From Candidatus Bipolaricaulia bacterium (GTDB taxonomy: Bacteria; Bipolaricaulota; Bipolaricaulia; JBHIAT01), in the NCBI GenBank assembly GCA_046758705.1, contig JBHIAT010000059.1, positions 1 to 19,198 of the forward strand: 19,198 nt of DNA, written 5' to 3'. The position numbers were made by a program, and so were the translations under genes. The notes beneath the pieces were generated by a model. The model had not been told where the DNA came from. It saw only the letters and a list, made by a program, of their open reading frames with translations, and ran no database searches. Of the stretch, positions 9,219 to 17,375 are shown in pieces (position 1 is the first letter of the stretch; each line of letters starts with the position of its first letter).

Positions 9219-10670
9219 TTAAACTGTATAGGTTGAAGCTGCGGTAGTACCTCCTCGCCCTGTCCAGTTAGTATGGAAAAATTCACCTCTGGGTTTGTCA
9301 ACTCGTTCGTAAGTATGTGCGCCGAAGTAGTCACGTTGAGCCTGTAAAAGATTGGCTGGTAATCTTTCACTGCGATAGCCGTCATAGAATGCAAGGGCTG
9401 AGCTAATGGCCGGCATCGGGATGCCCATTTCAACAGCAGTGGTTACCACTTTACGCCATGAGGACTGAGCCTTTTCGACAGCATCTTTGAAAAACGGGTC
9501 GAGCAGTAAATTATCGATATTTGGATTATTGTCGAAGGCGTCTTTAATCTTTCCTAAGAATACTGACCGAATGATGCAGCCACCCCGCCACATCAGAGCG
9601 ATACCTCCATAATTCAGATTCCATTTATATTCCTCGGCAGCCGCTTGCATAAGTTGATAGCCCTGTGCATAGCTGACTATTTTAGAAGCATACAAAGCCT
9701 TGCGCAAATCATCGATGAAAGCATCTTTATCAGCTTTAAATTCCGGTTTTGGGCCTGAAAGGACTTTCGAGGCCGCGACACGTTTTTCCTTAAGGGCTGA
9801 AAGGCAGCGAGCGAAAACAGCTTCGCCTATCAATGTTAATGGCTGGCCTAAATCCAAAGCTTCAATTGCTGTCCATTTGCCAGTTCCTTTTTGTCCGGCA
9901 GTATCAAGGATAAGGTCAATGACCTCATTCCCGTCTTGATCTTTATACCCGAGAATGTCACGTGTAATTTCAATCAGGTATGAATTCAACTCGCCCTCAT
10001 ACCATTGAGAGAAGACTTCGTGCATTTGCTGATTTGTCATCCCGAGGCCTTGTTTCATTATCTGATATGTTTCACAAATCATCTGCATGTCGCCGTATTC
10101 GATTCCGTTGTGGACCATTTTTACGAAATGTCCGGCACCATTTTCACCGACCCAGTCGCAGCAAGGTTCGCCGTCATCAGTTTTAGCGCAAATTGCCTGA
10201 AATATGGGTTTTACATGTTCCCAGGCTTTTGGTGAACCGCCGGGCATGATCGATGGGCCTAATAAGGCGCCTTCTTCACCGCCTGAGACGCCTGTACCGA
10301 TGTAAAGCATGCCTTTACTTTCCACTAATTCTGTTCTGCGCATTGTGTCGGGAAAATGCGAATTACCTCCGTCGATGATAATGTCACCCTCATCGAGATA
10401 AGGTAGGATTTGGTCGATGACAGCATCGACCGCTTTGCCGGCTTTGACCATGAGCATAAGCTTGCGCGGAGTTTTCAATGAGGACACAAAGTCTTCTATT
10501 GATTTACAGCCGATGATATTTTTGCCTTTGGCTCTTGTGCTCAAAAAGTCATCAACTTTGGAAACCGTGCGATTATAACATGAGACGGTAAAGCCCTTGC
10601 TTTCCATATTGAGGATAAGATTCTCGCCCATGACCGCTAAACCGACGACACCGATGTCTGCTTTTGACAT
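9219..10670 (-). CDS. gnd: 6-phosphogluconate dehydrogenase, decarboxylating, NADP-type long form
   Basis: IGVVGLAVMGENL, YNRT, IDGGNS, GVSGGEEGA, VKMVHNGIEYGDMQ, QKGTGKWT, WRGGCIIRS, QAQRDYFGAHTY. SD AAGGAGG at 10678-10684. Confidence 0.98.
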   Translation of the reverse strand: MSKADIGVVGLAVMGENLILNMESKGFTVSCYNRTVSKVDDFLSTRAKGKNIIGCKSIEDFVSSLKTPRKLMLMVKAGKAVDAVIDQILPYLDEGDIIIDGGNSHFPDTMRRTELVESKGMLYIGTGVSGGEEGALLGPSIMPGGSPKAWEHVKPIFQAICAKTDDGEPCCDWVGENGAGHFVKMVHNGIEYGDMQMICETYQIMKQGLGMTNQQMHEVFSQWYEGELNSYLIEITRDILGYKDQDGNEVIDLILDTAGQKGTGKWTAIEALDLGQPLTLIGEAVFARCLSALKEKRVAASKVLSGPKPEFKADKDAFIDDLRKALYASKIVSYAQGYQLMQAAAEEYKWNLNYGGIALMWRGGCIIRSVFLGKIKDAFDNNPNIDNLLLDPFFKDAVEKAQSSWRKVVTTAVEMGIPMPAISSALAFYDGYRSERLPANLLQAQRDYFGAHTYERVDKPRGEFFHTNWTGRGGTTAASTYTV

Positions 10671-10698
10671 TTTTAATCCTCCTTAAAAGTTAATTTCC

Positions 10699-11976
10699 TT
10701 ATTGATCATTAAATCTATCTTTTGAAGACCACAGACCCAAAGAGGGATTTGAGATAAAGTATATTTGCTCATCGTTTGGTAAGTTATTGAAGCCATCTTT
10801 TAATTTTTTGGGATTATATTTTTTCATCATTTCTGAAAGATCAGCATATTCGAAATAGACGCTTTCTATTTCCTGTCTGGTTAATCTGCCCGGACAATAG
10901 GTAACTTCGAATCTGCCTTCAGAAGAGCCATGTATCAAATGCGCCGCGGCACTTAGGTTCTGTTTTAAATCTTCGTTTTCCTTAACGGCTTTTAAAACCT
11001 TTGGTGTTTCGATATATCCATACTTTCTGATTAATTTGTCTATTTGGGCATCTTCACCGAATTCCGAAAGTCCCGGAGCCAATACAATTAACTGACCGCC
11101 ATCGGCCATTGCCATCCGCGTTCGATAAATGCTTTTATTTCCCAGCCAGGTGCTTTTATACTCATCCGGGTCGAGATAGACAACAACCTTTTTCAGAGGT
11201 TCATCCAAAAGCTGAAAATTGACCTTGAGAGAAAGCTCGGCAGCGAGATTGAAACATTCAATGTCATCACCGATAAACAGGCCGCGCAGTATATTTTGGC
11301 CGTCATCATCGGGGCTCACGACTGTGAGGATATAAATAATGGGCAAATCTTTTGCAAAATGCTCAGAGGCATAATTCAAAACTTTTCTTACAGGCGTATC
11401 CGCTCGGCCCATCATTTTTTCCATGCCATATGCAGCACCGAGAAAGTGACTTTTATTTATTCCCTCTGTACCCCCTGTACCTATAAGAACATTTTTATTA
11501 TAATTTGCCATTCCAACCACTTCGTGAGGGACCACCTGGCCAATGGAAAGAATCAGGTCAAAATTTCCTTCTACAAGCAATTTATCTACCTGCGCCGGCC
11601 AGCTGTAATCGACCAGACCCTTGCTTACCTCTTTAACAAATTCGGCAGGTACTTCACCGAGAGTTATCAGGCCGGTTCTCCAATTATGCTCGCGGAAAAG
11701 AGAAACCGGAGTTTGGCCGAACATCTCGGTAAGTTGCTTTTCGGTCATGGGAGAATGAGTCCCTAACGCAGGTAGGATATCCGTAAGCCGGTCACCGTAA
11801 TATTGCCACAGCATTTCTGTTATATCACCGGCTCGGGAGTGAAACCTGGTAAAATCAGGGGGTATGGCCAAAACTTTATTTTTGTGCTCGAGCTTTTCCA
11901 TTGATGAACAAACAGCATCTCTGAGTTCATCTGGGGTTATACAATCATTTTCGTGTCCGCGTTTAAATAGTAACAT
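10699..11976 (-). CDS. LarA-superfamily nickel-pincer (NPN) 2-hydroxyacid epimerase, probably GntE-like (mannonate/gluconate 2-epimerase)
   Basis: PPDFTR (D41/R44), ALGTH (H74), VVPHEVVGMANYNK (H151/K161) and INKSH (H177) match the LarA D72/R75/H108/H174/K184/H200 pattern. The substrate is inferred from gene context. Confidence 0.85.
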   Translation of the reverse strand: MLLFKRGHENDCITPDELRDAVCSSMEKLEHKNKVLAIPPDFTRFHSRAGDITEMLWQYYGDRLTDILPALGTHSPMTEKQLTEMFGQTPVSLFREHNWRTGLITLGEVPAEFVKEVSKGLVDYSWPAQVDKLLVEGNFDLILSIGQVVPHEVVGMANYNKNVLIGTGGTEGINKSHFLGAAYGMEKMMGRADTPVRKVLNYASEHFAKDLPIIYILTVVSPDDDGQNILRGLFIGDDIECFNLAAELSLKVNFQLLDEPLKKVVVYLDPDEYKSTWLGNKSIYRTRMAMADGGQLIVLAPGLSEFGEDAQIDKLIRKYGYIETPKVLKAVKENEDLKQNLSAAAHLIHGSSEGRFEVTYCPGRLTRQEIESVYFEYADLSEMMKKYNPKKLKDGFNNLPNDEQIYFISNPSLGLWSSKDRFNDQ

Positions 11977-11978
11977 TT

Positions 11979-12884
11979 TTACCAGCTTGGATGTTCAGGT
12001 AAGTATTCGTCAAATTCCGTGATTAGTTCTTCTTCGTATTGGCCAGTATATTCGCCGCTGATGAACTTATCAAAAGCTTCATCGTGGAATCTCTTCCAGG
12101 ACTCCGGTTCGTCTCCGGGATTGATGGGGTAAAATAGGGCGTTATTTGCTCTTGCCGCTTTCAGGTCACCGGGGGCATCGCCAATCATGAGGATATGGTT
12201 CTGTTCGTACCTACCCTTGGTCGCGTATTCAAGATGCTGGGCTTTGGTTCCCATCTCCTGGCCCGCGATGACCTTGACAAACCTGGCAATATCATGCTCC
12301 TGCCATTCTCTTTCGAGCGCTTCGTTGGGTGTCGCTGAGACGACAACGACATCGGCTTGGGTGGAGATCTTTTCGAGGCTCTCGCGAACATACGGGAAAG
12401 GAGGAATATCTTTGACTATTTCAACGATAAGTTCGTTCACCCTTTTGCTCCATTTAAGGACATGTTGAAGCTCCCGTTTAGCATCTTCATCGTTTGCCTG
12501 GTCGATTGCCTGGGCAAGCCCCTCGTCGCTCAACAGGCTATTCGGATCGTTTACCCAATTGCAATAATATCTGAATTCAGGGATTTCAAATCCGCGTTCT
12601 TTTACGACCGGATGAGATGGAAGAAGTTCGGTAAGGATTCGGACGATCGTTTGATGACGATTTGCTCCGCGGGTCTTTGAAAACAGATCGGCAAATTCTT
12701 TGCATTGTCTTGCAGCTTCTGCTACCGGCTGAAGGTGGAAATAGGCGATCATCATCGGGCAAAAACACTCGCTCTGTTTGATTTCCATGGTATCAAAAAC
12801 ACAGCCGTCTGAATCTATCCCTACGAAGAACTCTTTTGTCGGTTTAAACTCTTTCAGCGGCCTTGCAGGGTCAGAATTTGTCAT
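11979..12884 (-). CDS. HAD-superfamily phosphatase/phosphotransferase with a large C1-position cap
   Basis: Motif I GIDSDGCVFDT, motif II VVVSAT, motif III Lys (GTKAQH), motif IV MIGDAPGD. Start moved to ATG 12884 (MTNSDP), which follows SD AAAGGA just after the uxuB stop. Confidence 0.88.
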   Translation of the reverse strand: MTNSDPARPLKEFKPTKEFFVGIDSDGCVFDTMEIKQSECFCPMMIAYFHLQPVAEAARQCKEFADLFSKTRGANRHQTIVRILTELLPSHPVVKERGFEIPEFRYYCNWVNDPNSLLSDEGLAQAIDQANDEDAKRELQHVLKWSKRVNELIVEIVKDIPPFPYVRESLEKISTQADVVVVSATPNEALEREWQEHDIARFVKVIAGQEMGTKAQHLEYATKGRYEQNHILMIGDAPGDLKAARANNALFYPINPGDEPESWKRFHDEAFDKFISGEYTGQYEEELITEFDEYLPEHPSW

Positions 12885-12897
12885 TTTTTGTCCTTTT

Positions 12898-13716
12898 TTA
12901 GACGCCACTAAATGCACTAAAGCCGCCGTCTACCGGTACGACAATGCCCGTGACAAATTTGGCGGCGTCACTCAGCAGCCAAATTACAGTTCCAGTTAAG
13001 TCTTCAGGCTGGCCAAATCTTGCCATAGGCGTATGGTCGACTATCGTTTTGCCCCTGGGAGTCAGGTCGCCCGTTTTTTCATCGGTCAGCAAGAAACGGT
13101 TCTGTTCGGTCAGGAAAAAACCCGGAGCGATCGCGTTTACACGGATATCTTTAGAATAGTTCTGGCACATATGAACCGCAAGCCATTGTGTGAAATTGCT
13201 GATGGCGGCTTTGGCGGCTGAATAAGCGGGAATTTTCGTCAAAGGTCTGAAGGCATTCATACTGGAAATATTTAAGATCACACCACTTTTATTCTCAGCC
13301 ATGTGTTTGGCAAAGACCTGTGAAGGCAAGAGTGTCCCAAGAAAATTCAAATCGAAAACAAAACGAACAGCATCAGGAGGTAAATCAAAGAAAGGTAAAT
13401 CCTCAGTGGTTGTGGCTTCTTTTTTGTTGCCCCCGGCTCCGTTAATTAAGATGTCGATGTTGCCAAATTCAGAGATGACGTTTTCTTTTGCTTTTTCCAG
13501 AGTCTCTTTTTGAAGAACATTGCACGTTACCGCTATCGCAGTGCCGCCTTGAGCGGTAATATCATGGACGACTTTTTTTGCGGCATCTTCTATAAGATCG
13601 AGTACTGCGATTTTTGCTTTGGCTTTAGCTAAATCTTTTGCTAATTGCCCACAAAGTACGCCACCTGCTCCGGTGATTACGATCGTTTTATCCGATAAAT
13701 CAAATAATGGATGCAT
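12898..13716 (-). CDS. uxuB: SDR-family D-mannonate oxidoreductase (fructuronate reductase)
   Basis: ITGAGGVLCG, LINGAGGN, NISSM, TKIPAYSAAKAAISNFTQWLAVH, RVNAIAPGFFLTEQN, VPVDGGFSAFSGV closely resemble B. subtilis UxuB (YjmF)-type SDRs as recalled. The gene is adjacent to uxaE. Confidence 0.85.
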   Translation of the reverse strand: MHPLFDLSDKTIVITGAGGVLCGQLAKDLAKAKAKIAVLDLIEDAAKKVVHDITAQGGTAIAVTCNVLQKETLEKAKENVISEFGNIDILINGAGGNKKEATTTEDLPFFDLPPDAVRFVFDLNFLGTLLPSQVFAKHMAENKSGVILNISSMNAFRPLTKIPAYSAAKAAISNFTQWLAVHMCQNYSKDIRVNAIAPGFFLTEQNRFLLTDEKTGDLTPRGKTIVDHTPMARFGQPEDLTGTVIWLLSDAAKFVTGIVVPVDGGFSAFSGV

Positions 13717-13728
13717 AATAATCCCCTT

Positions 13729-14976
13729 TTAATCAATAAATATAGGTTTTATGTGTCTTTGGTAAATGTTTTCAGTGACATTTTGGGCGATGGTTTGCTC
13801 GTATTGTTTTAAGACGTTTAGATATTCGTCTTGCATTTCTGCTGCAACTTTGTATCCAACGTGTAAAAGCTGTCTTACGTTCAGGTTGTAATCATCACAG
13901 TTCTGATCATGGCGCAGGACATTGGCAAATTTCTCAGCTGTCCATGTATCAACTTCTTCAGGTTCAGGCAGCTTATCTTTATCTATATCGATAACGGGGC
14001 TATAAGGACCACACAGCTCGTCAAAACGTGAAAGCGCTTTCCTATAAACATCCTTAGCAATCTTTAAACCCGTTCCGCCAGCAGAGGCTAAGCCGATCAA
14101 TTCCTCAAGCCATGTAGTGCCGGCGGTTTTGATATGTAAACCCGCATTGGATTTTTTGAGAGCTTTATTCATTGGTTTATAAATGGAAAATTTATCACTT
14201 CCAGAATGAACACTCAATTTCAAGTTCTTCGGTAAACCAAATTTCTCAATTGCAAATGCAATAACGGCTAAATCCTGATTAAACTCTGTCTCAAACTGGG
14301 GGACATCGCCAACATAGTCAACGCCCTTGTTGAATCGGCCTGTAAACTTAGGCGCTATGGTTTGAGCGGGTATACCTTCGTCGGCTATGGCTGCAAGGAT
14401 GAAAAACATTTCGACGGGGCTTTGCGGTAAGTCTGTTTCGTCGATTGAAACTTCAGTAATAAAATTATCAGCACCTTTGGCAGTTTCTATGTGACGATAA
14501 ATTTTGCCTGCTTGTTTTACAGCATCAAGCACTTTAGAAGCAATTTCTCTGATATTATGTTCAGTTATTTCAATATTATCATCTATACCGGGAATATTCA
14601 ACTTTCCGATATATTTTTTGTTCTTATTAACGAATTGATCTATTTCATTTTGACTTGCAGTTTTGCCAATGAAATCTGCAACGTCAAGAGTGAAAAAATC
14701 GCTTGAATCCATGAAAAGATCGACGTTGGTAAGGTTTATATGGTCGGCATCGACATAATATGAACCTTTATAGTCTAAATCTTTTACAGCACTGTCAGCT
14801 TCGCTGCGTACCGACGTAGGTTCGGTATGAATTATTGTATGTTCACGATGTGACTTATTCCATACAGGTACGATTTCAACGCCCTGTTTTGTAGCCTGGA
14901 TGATTGCCTGTAATTGAGCTTTTCCCTGATGAGCAAATCTGTCACCAACACCAAACGAATATTTCTCAAGTTTCAT
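13729..14976 (-). CDS. uxaE: Tagaturonate/fructuronate epimerase
   Basis: SFGVGDRF, DADH, EVSIDET, APKFTGRFNKGVDY, KLSVHSGSDKFSIY, HIKTAGTTWLE. The start overlaps the pfk stop (ATGA at 14973-14976). Confidence 0.92.
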   Translation of the reverse strand: MKLEKYSFGVGDRFAHQGKAQLQAIIQATKQGVEIVPVWNKSHREHTIIHTEPTSVRSEADSAVKDLDYKGSYYVDADHINLTNVDLFMDSSDFFTLDVADFIGKTASQNEIDQFVNKNKKYIGKLNIPGIDDNIEITEHNIREIASKVLDAVKQAGKIYRHIETAKGADNFITEVSIDETDLPQSPVEMFFILAAIADEGIPAQTIAPKFTGRFNKGVDYVGDVPQFETEFNQDLAVIAFAIEKFGLPKNLKLSVHSGSDKFSIYKPMNKALKKSNAGLHIKTAGTTWLEELIGLASAGGTGLKIAKDVYRKALSRFDELCGPYSPVIDIDKDKLPEPEEVDTWTAEKFANVLRHDQNCDDYNLNVRQLLHVGYKVAAEMQDEYLNVLKQYEQTIAQNVTENIYQRHIKPIFID

Positions 14977-16238
14977 AAATATTTTGGAAGTTTCTTTTCA
15001 ATGGGTTTACGTTCAAATCTCATATAAACCGGCAGGCCATTGTCACCGATTGTGATAGGTGCCTGGCCTTGTACTAAAGGTCGAACGTAATCAAGCATAG
15101 CCTGTGTTACGCCATTACCGTTTTCATTGATATATTCGGCTGGGATCTTTTTTTCACCATTAGCAACATCGCTCAGTTCAGCGAGGCCTGTGGTGCATTT
15201 GTACTCAGCGCCACCTTCTCGAACCAAAGTGACCATTTTGCCGGTTACGCCGTTGAGGGCATTTTTTACGGCCATTTGGCCGCACAGATAGGCTTCATTG
15301 AGATCCGTAAGGGATGCAAAGTGCATAGCGCTTCTCTGATTTGTTCCTAACTTATTGAAACGTGTTTTAATGCCTACTTCTTTTTCAATGACCGTTTTCA
15401 GCATTTCGGCCACCCCGCCAAGCTGGGCATGGCCAAAACTGTCTGTGCCCAAGGCACTGTTTTCAGCAGTAACATAATTTCCATTTTCATCTTTCAGTCC
15501 TTCGCCAACAACGATGAAGACTCTGCCGATATTTTGGTAAACTTCTTTGACATCCTTAACCAGTTTTTCAAAACTAAAGGCAGCTTCAGGCACATATATA
15601 AGATGCGGAGCATCCTGTTCGAGCTGATGGGCAAGACCTGTAGCTGCGGCGATCCAGCCCGCGTTTCTTCCCATCACTTCAAGAATTGTACATGTGTCGG
15701 TCGTATAAAGGGCTTCGGTGTCTCTGCCTGCGTTGGCTGCACTTGTTGCAACGTACTTTGCAACACTGCCATATCCGGGGCAATGATCGGTACAGGCCAG
15801 GTCATTGTCTATCGTTTTCGGGACCCCCATGCAAATCAGTTCATAGCCGCTATCGGCGGCGAGGTTGTTGATCTTGTCAGCGGTATCCATTGAATCATTA
15901 CCGCCTATGTAAAAGAAGTAGTGAATATTGTGGGCCTTGAAAACGTCGATGATTCTTTCGTAATCGGCTTTTGATCCTTCAAGGGACTTCAACTTATAGC
16001 GACATGAGCCGAGCGCTGCCGCGGGCGTTCTTTTCAAATTTTCGATAGTTTCAGGTTTTTCGGCGGTAATATCGAACAAATCTTCGTTTAGAACCCCCAA
16101 TATTCCATTAATAGCTCCAAATACTTTTTCCACTTTCGCTGATTTAATGAGTTCCTGAATCACTCCGCAGGCACTTGAATTGATGACAGTGGTTGGTCCG
16201 CCAGATTGTGCTACTATTGCATTTGGTTTGCCTGACAT
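14973..16238 (-). CDS. pfp: PfkA-family phosphofructokinase, pyrophosphate-dependent type
   Basis: QSGGPT.VIN, LGSCRYKL, GGNDS and PKTIDND (Asp and Lys at the two positions diagnostic for PPi use), EVMGRNAGW. Start moved to ATG 16238 (MSGKPNA), which follows SD AGGAG at 16246-16250. Confidence 0.9.
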   Translation of the reverse strand: MSGKPNAIVAQSGGPTTVINSSACGVIQELIKSAKVEKVFGAINGILGVLNEDLFDITAEKPETIENLKRTPAAALGSCRYKLKSLEGSKADYERIIDVFKAHNIHYFFYIGGNDSMDTADKINNLAADSGYELICMGVPKTIDNDLACTDHCPGYGSVAKYVATSAANAGRDTEALYTTDTCTILEVMGRNAGWIAAATGLAHQLEQDAPHLIYVPEAAFSFEKLVKDVKEVYQNIGRVFIVVGEGLKDENGNYVTAENSALGTDSFGHAQLGGVAEMLKTVIEKEVGIKTRFNKLGTNQRSAMHFASLTDLNEAYLCGQMAVKNALNGVTGKMVTLVREGGAEYKCTTGLAELSDVANGEKKIPAEYINENGNGVTQAMLDYVRPLVQGQAPITIGDNGLPVYMRFERKPIEKKLPKYL

Positions 16239-16257
16239 ATATTTGCTCCTAATATTC

Positions 16258-16286
16258 ATTTTAATTCAGATCTCATAACAATGCAA
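16258..16286 (-). promoter_or_regulatory. Putative sigma70 promoter internal to the cassette (TTGCAT-N17-TAAAAT)
   Basis: -35 at 16281-16286 and -10 at 16258-16263 with a 17-nt spacer, just upstream of the pfk SD. Confidence 0.55.
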
Positions 16287-16289
16287 GAT

Positions 16290-16300
16290 ATTTTATCACA
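16290..16300 (-). promoter_or_regulatory. Putative extended -10 promoter (TGTG-A-TAAAAT)
   Basis: Matches TRTGnTAnnnT. There is no good -35 at 17-nt spacing. Confidence 0.5.
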
Positions 16301-16328
16301 CGAGACGAGACAGGGTGGGAACACTTTT

Positions 16329-16365
16329 TTCTATCCGGTTCTATTCAGTTCTATTTCAATTCTAT
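16329..16365. repeat. Four TTCTAT direct repeats at 10/10/11-bp spacing
   Basis: TTCTAT at 16329, 16339, 16349 and 16360. The last copy contains the dehydrogenase stop codon. Confidence 0.75.
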
Positions 16366-17345
16366 CCCTTGAAAGTCTCCGAATTTACAAGTGTCGGCGG
16401 TCGCTCGCCTTTCAGAGCGCTGATGACATTTTGGACCGCCAGTTTGGCCATGTTGATGCGCGTCTCGGTCGTGGCGCTTCCGAGGTGAGGCAGGAGCACG
16501 ACAGACTCTTCGAGTTTCACCAGTTCCGGATGAACCTTGGGCTCTTCTTCGTAGACATCCAAGGCAGCACCCCGGATCTCTCCAGTCTTCAACGCTTCGA
16601 CCAGCGCTGCTTCGTCGACCACCGGGCCGCGAGACGAGTTGATCAGAATCGCGTTGGACTTCATCTTTTTGAACGCTTCGGCGTTGAACAGATGCCGGGT
16701 CTGTTCGGTCAGCGGGACGTGAGCGGTCACGAAGTCGCTGCGTTCCAGCAGTTCGTCCATGCTGACGTATTGGGCGCCCAGTTTCTGCTCTGCCCTTTCG
16801 TTGCGGATCGCGTCATAGTATAAGACGGTCATATCGAAGCCCAGCCGACCGCGTTTGGCGACCGAAAAGCCGATGCGGCCGATGCCGACGACGCCGAGCG
16901 TCTTGCCGTAGATGTCGACGCCGAGGTGGGGTTGGAACAACTCCCAGCCTTCGTACTTTCCGGCCCGCATGTAGCGATCAGCCTCAGGAATCCTGCGGGC
17001 GGCGCTCATCAGCAGCGAGAACGCGAGATCGGCGGTCGTCTCGGTCAACACGTCCGGTGTATTGGAGACCATGATACCACGCTCGGTCGCCGCCGGGATA
17101 TCGATGTTGTCGAACCCGACGGCGACGTTGGCCACGATCTTCAGATTGGGGTTGGCGCCGAGCAGCTTGCCGTCGATCTTGTCGGTGAGCAGGCAGATGA
17201 GCGCATCGACGTCCCGAATCTTTTCGGCCAGTTCGGCCTTGGGGAGCGGGATGTCGGCTTCGTTCATCTCAAACTCGATTCCTGCGTCCTTCAGCACACC
17301 CAGTGCCTCATCGAACAACTTCCGCGAGATATAGACCTTGCTCAT
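16362..17345 (-). CDS. D-2-hydroxyacid dehydrogenase, glyoxylate/hydroxypyruvate/2-ketogluconate reductase (GyaR/GhrB-like)
   Basis: AVGFDNID, NTPDVLTETTADLA, GVVGIGRIG, and catalytic Arg/Glu/His in NSSRG, DVYEEEP, PHLGSAT. The Asp in YYDAIR suggests NAD(H) preference. Confidence 0.93.
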   Translation of the reverse strand: MSKVYISRKLFDEALGVLKDAGIEFEMNEADIPLPKAELAEKIRDVDALICLLTDKIDGKLLGANPNLKIVANVAVGFDNIDIPAATERGIMVSNTPDVLTETTADLAFSLLMSAARRIPEADRYMRAGKYEGWELFQPHLGVDIYGKTLGVVGIGRIGFSVAKRGRLGFDMTVLYYDAIRNERAEQKLGAQYVSMDELLERSDFVTAHVPLTEQTRHLFNAEAFKKMKSNAILINSSRGPVVDEAALVEALKTGEIRGAALDVYEEEPKVHPELVKLEESVVLLPHLGSATTETRINMAKLAVQNVISALKGERPPTLVNSETFKG

Positions 17346-17375
17346 TCGGGGCCCCCCTCTTAACGTTTTGAATTT

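Larger units (their letters stand above)
9215..16292. mobile_element. Putative horizontally acquired low-GC cassette (about 7.07 kb) bounded by a GATATT direct repeat; no mobility gene
   Basis: Abrupt GC and codon-style shift at both ends. GATATT occurs at 9215-9220 and 16287-16292. The block contains exactly one operon plus its promoter. Confidence 0.55.

Noticed and set aside
16281-16823. 180-aa plus-strand ORF crossing the cassette boundary
   Set aside because: It is mostly antisense to the 2-hydroxyacid dehydrogenase and has no integrase or transposase motifs.
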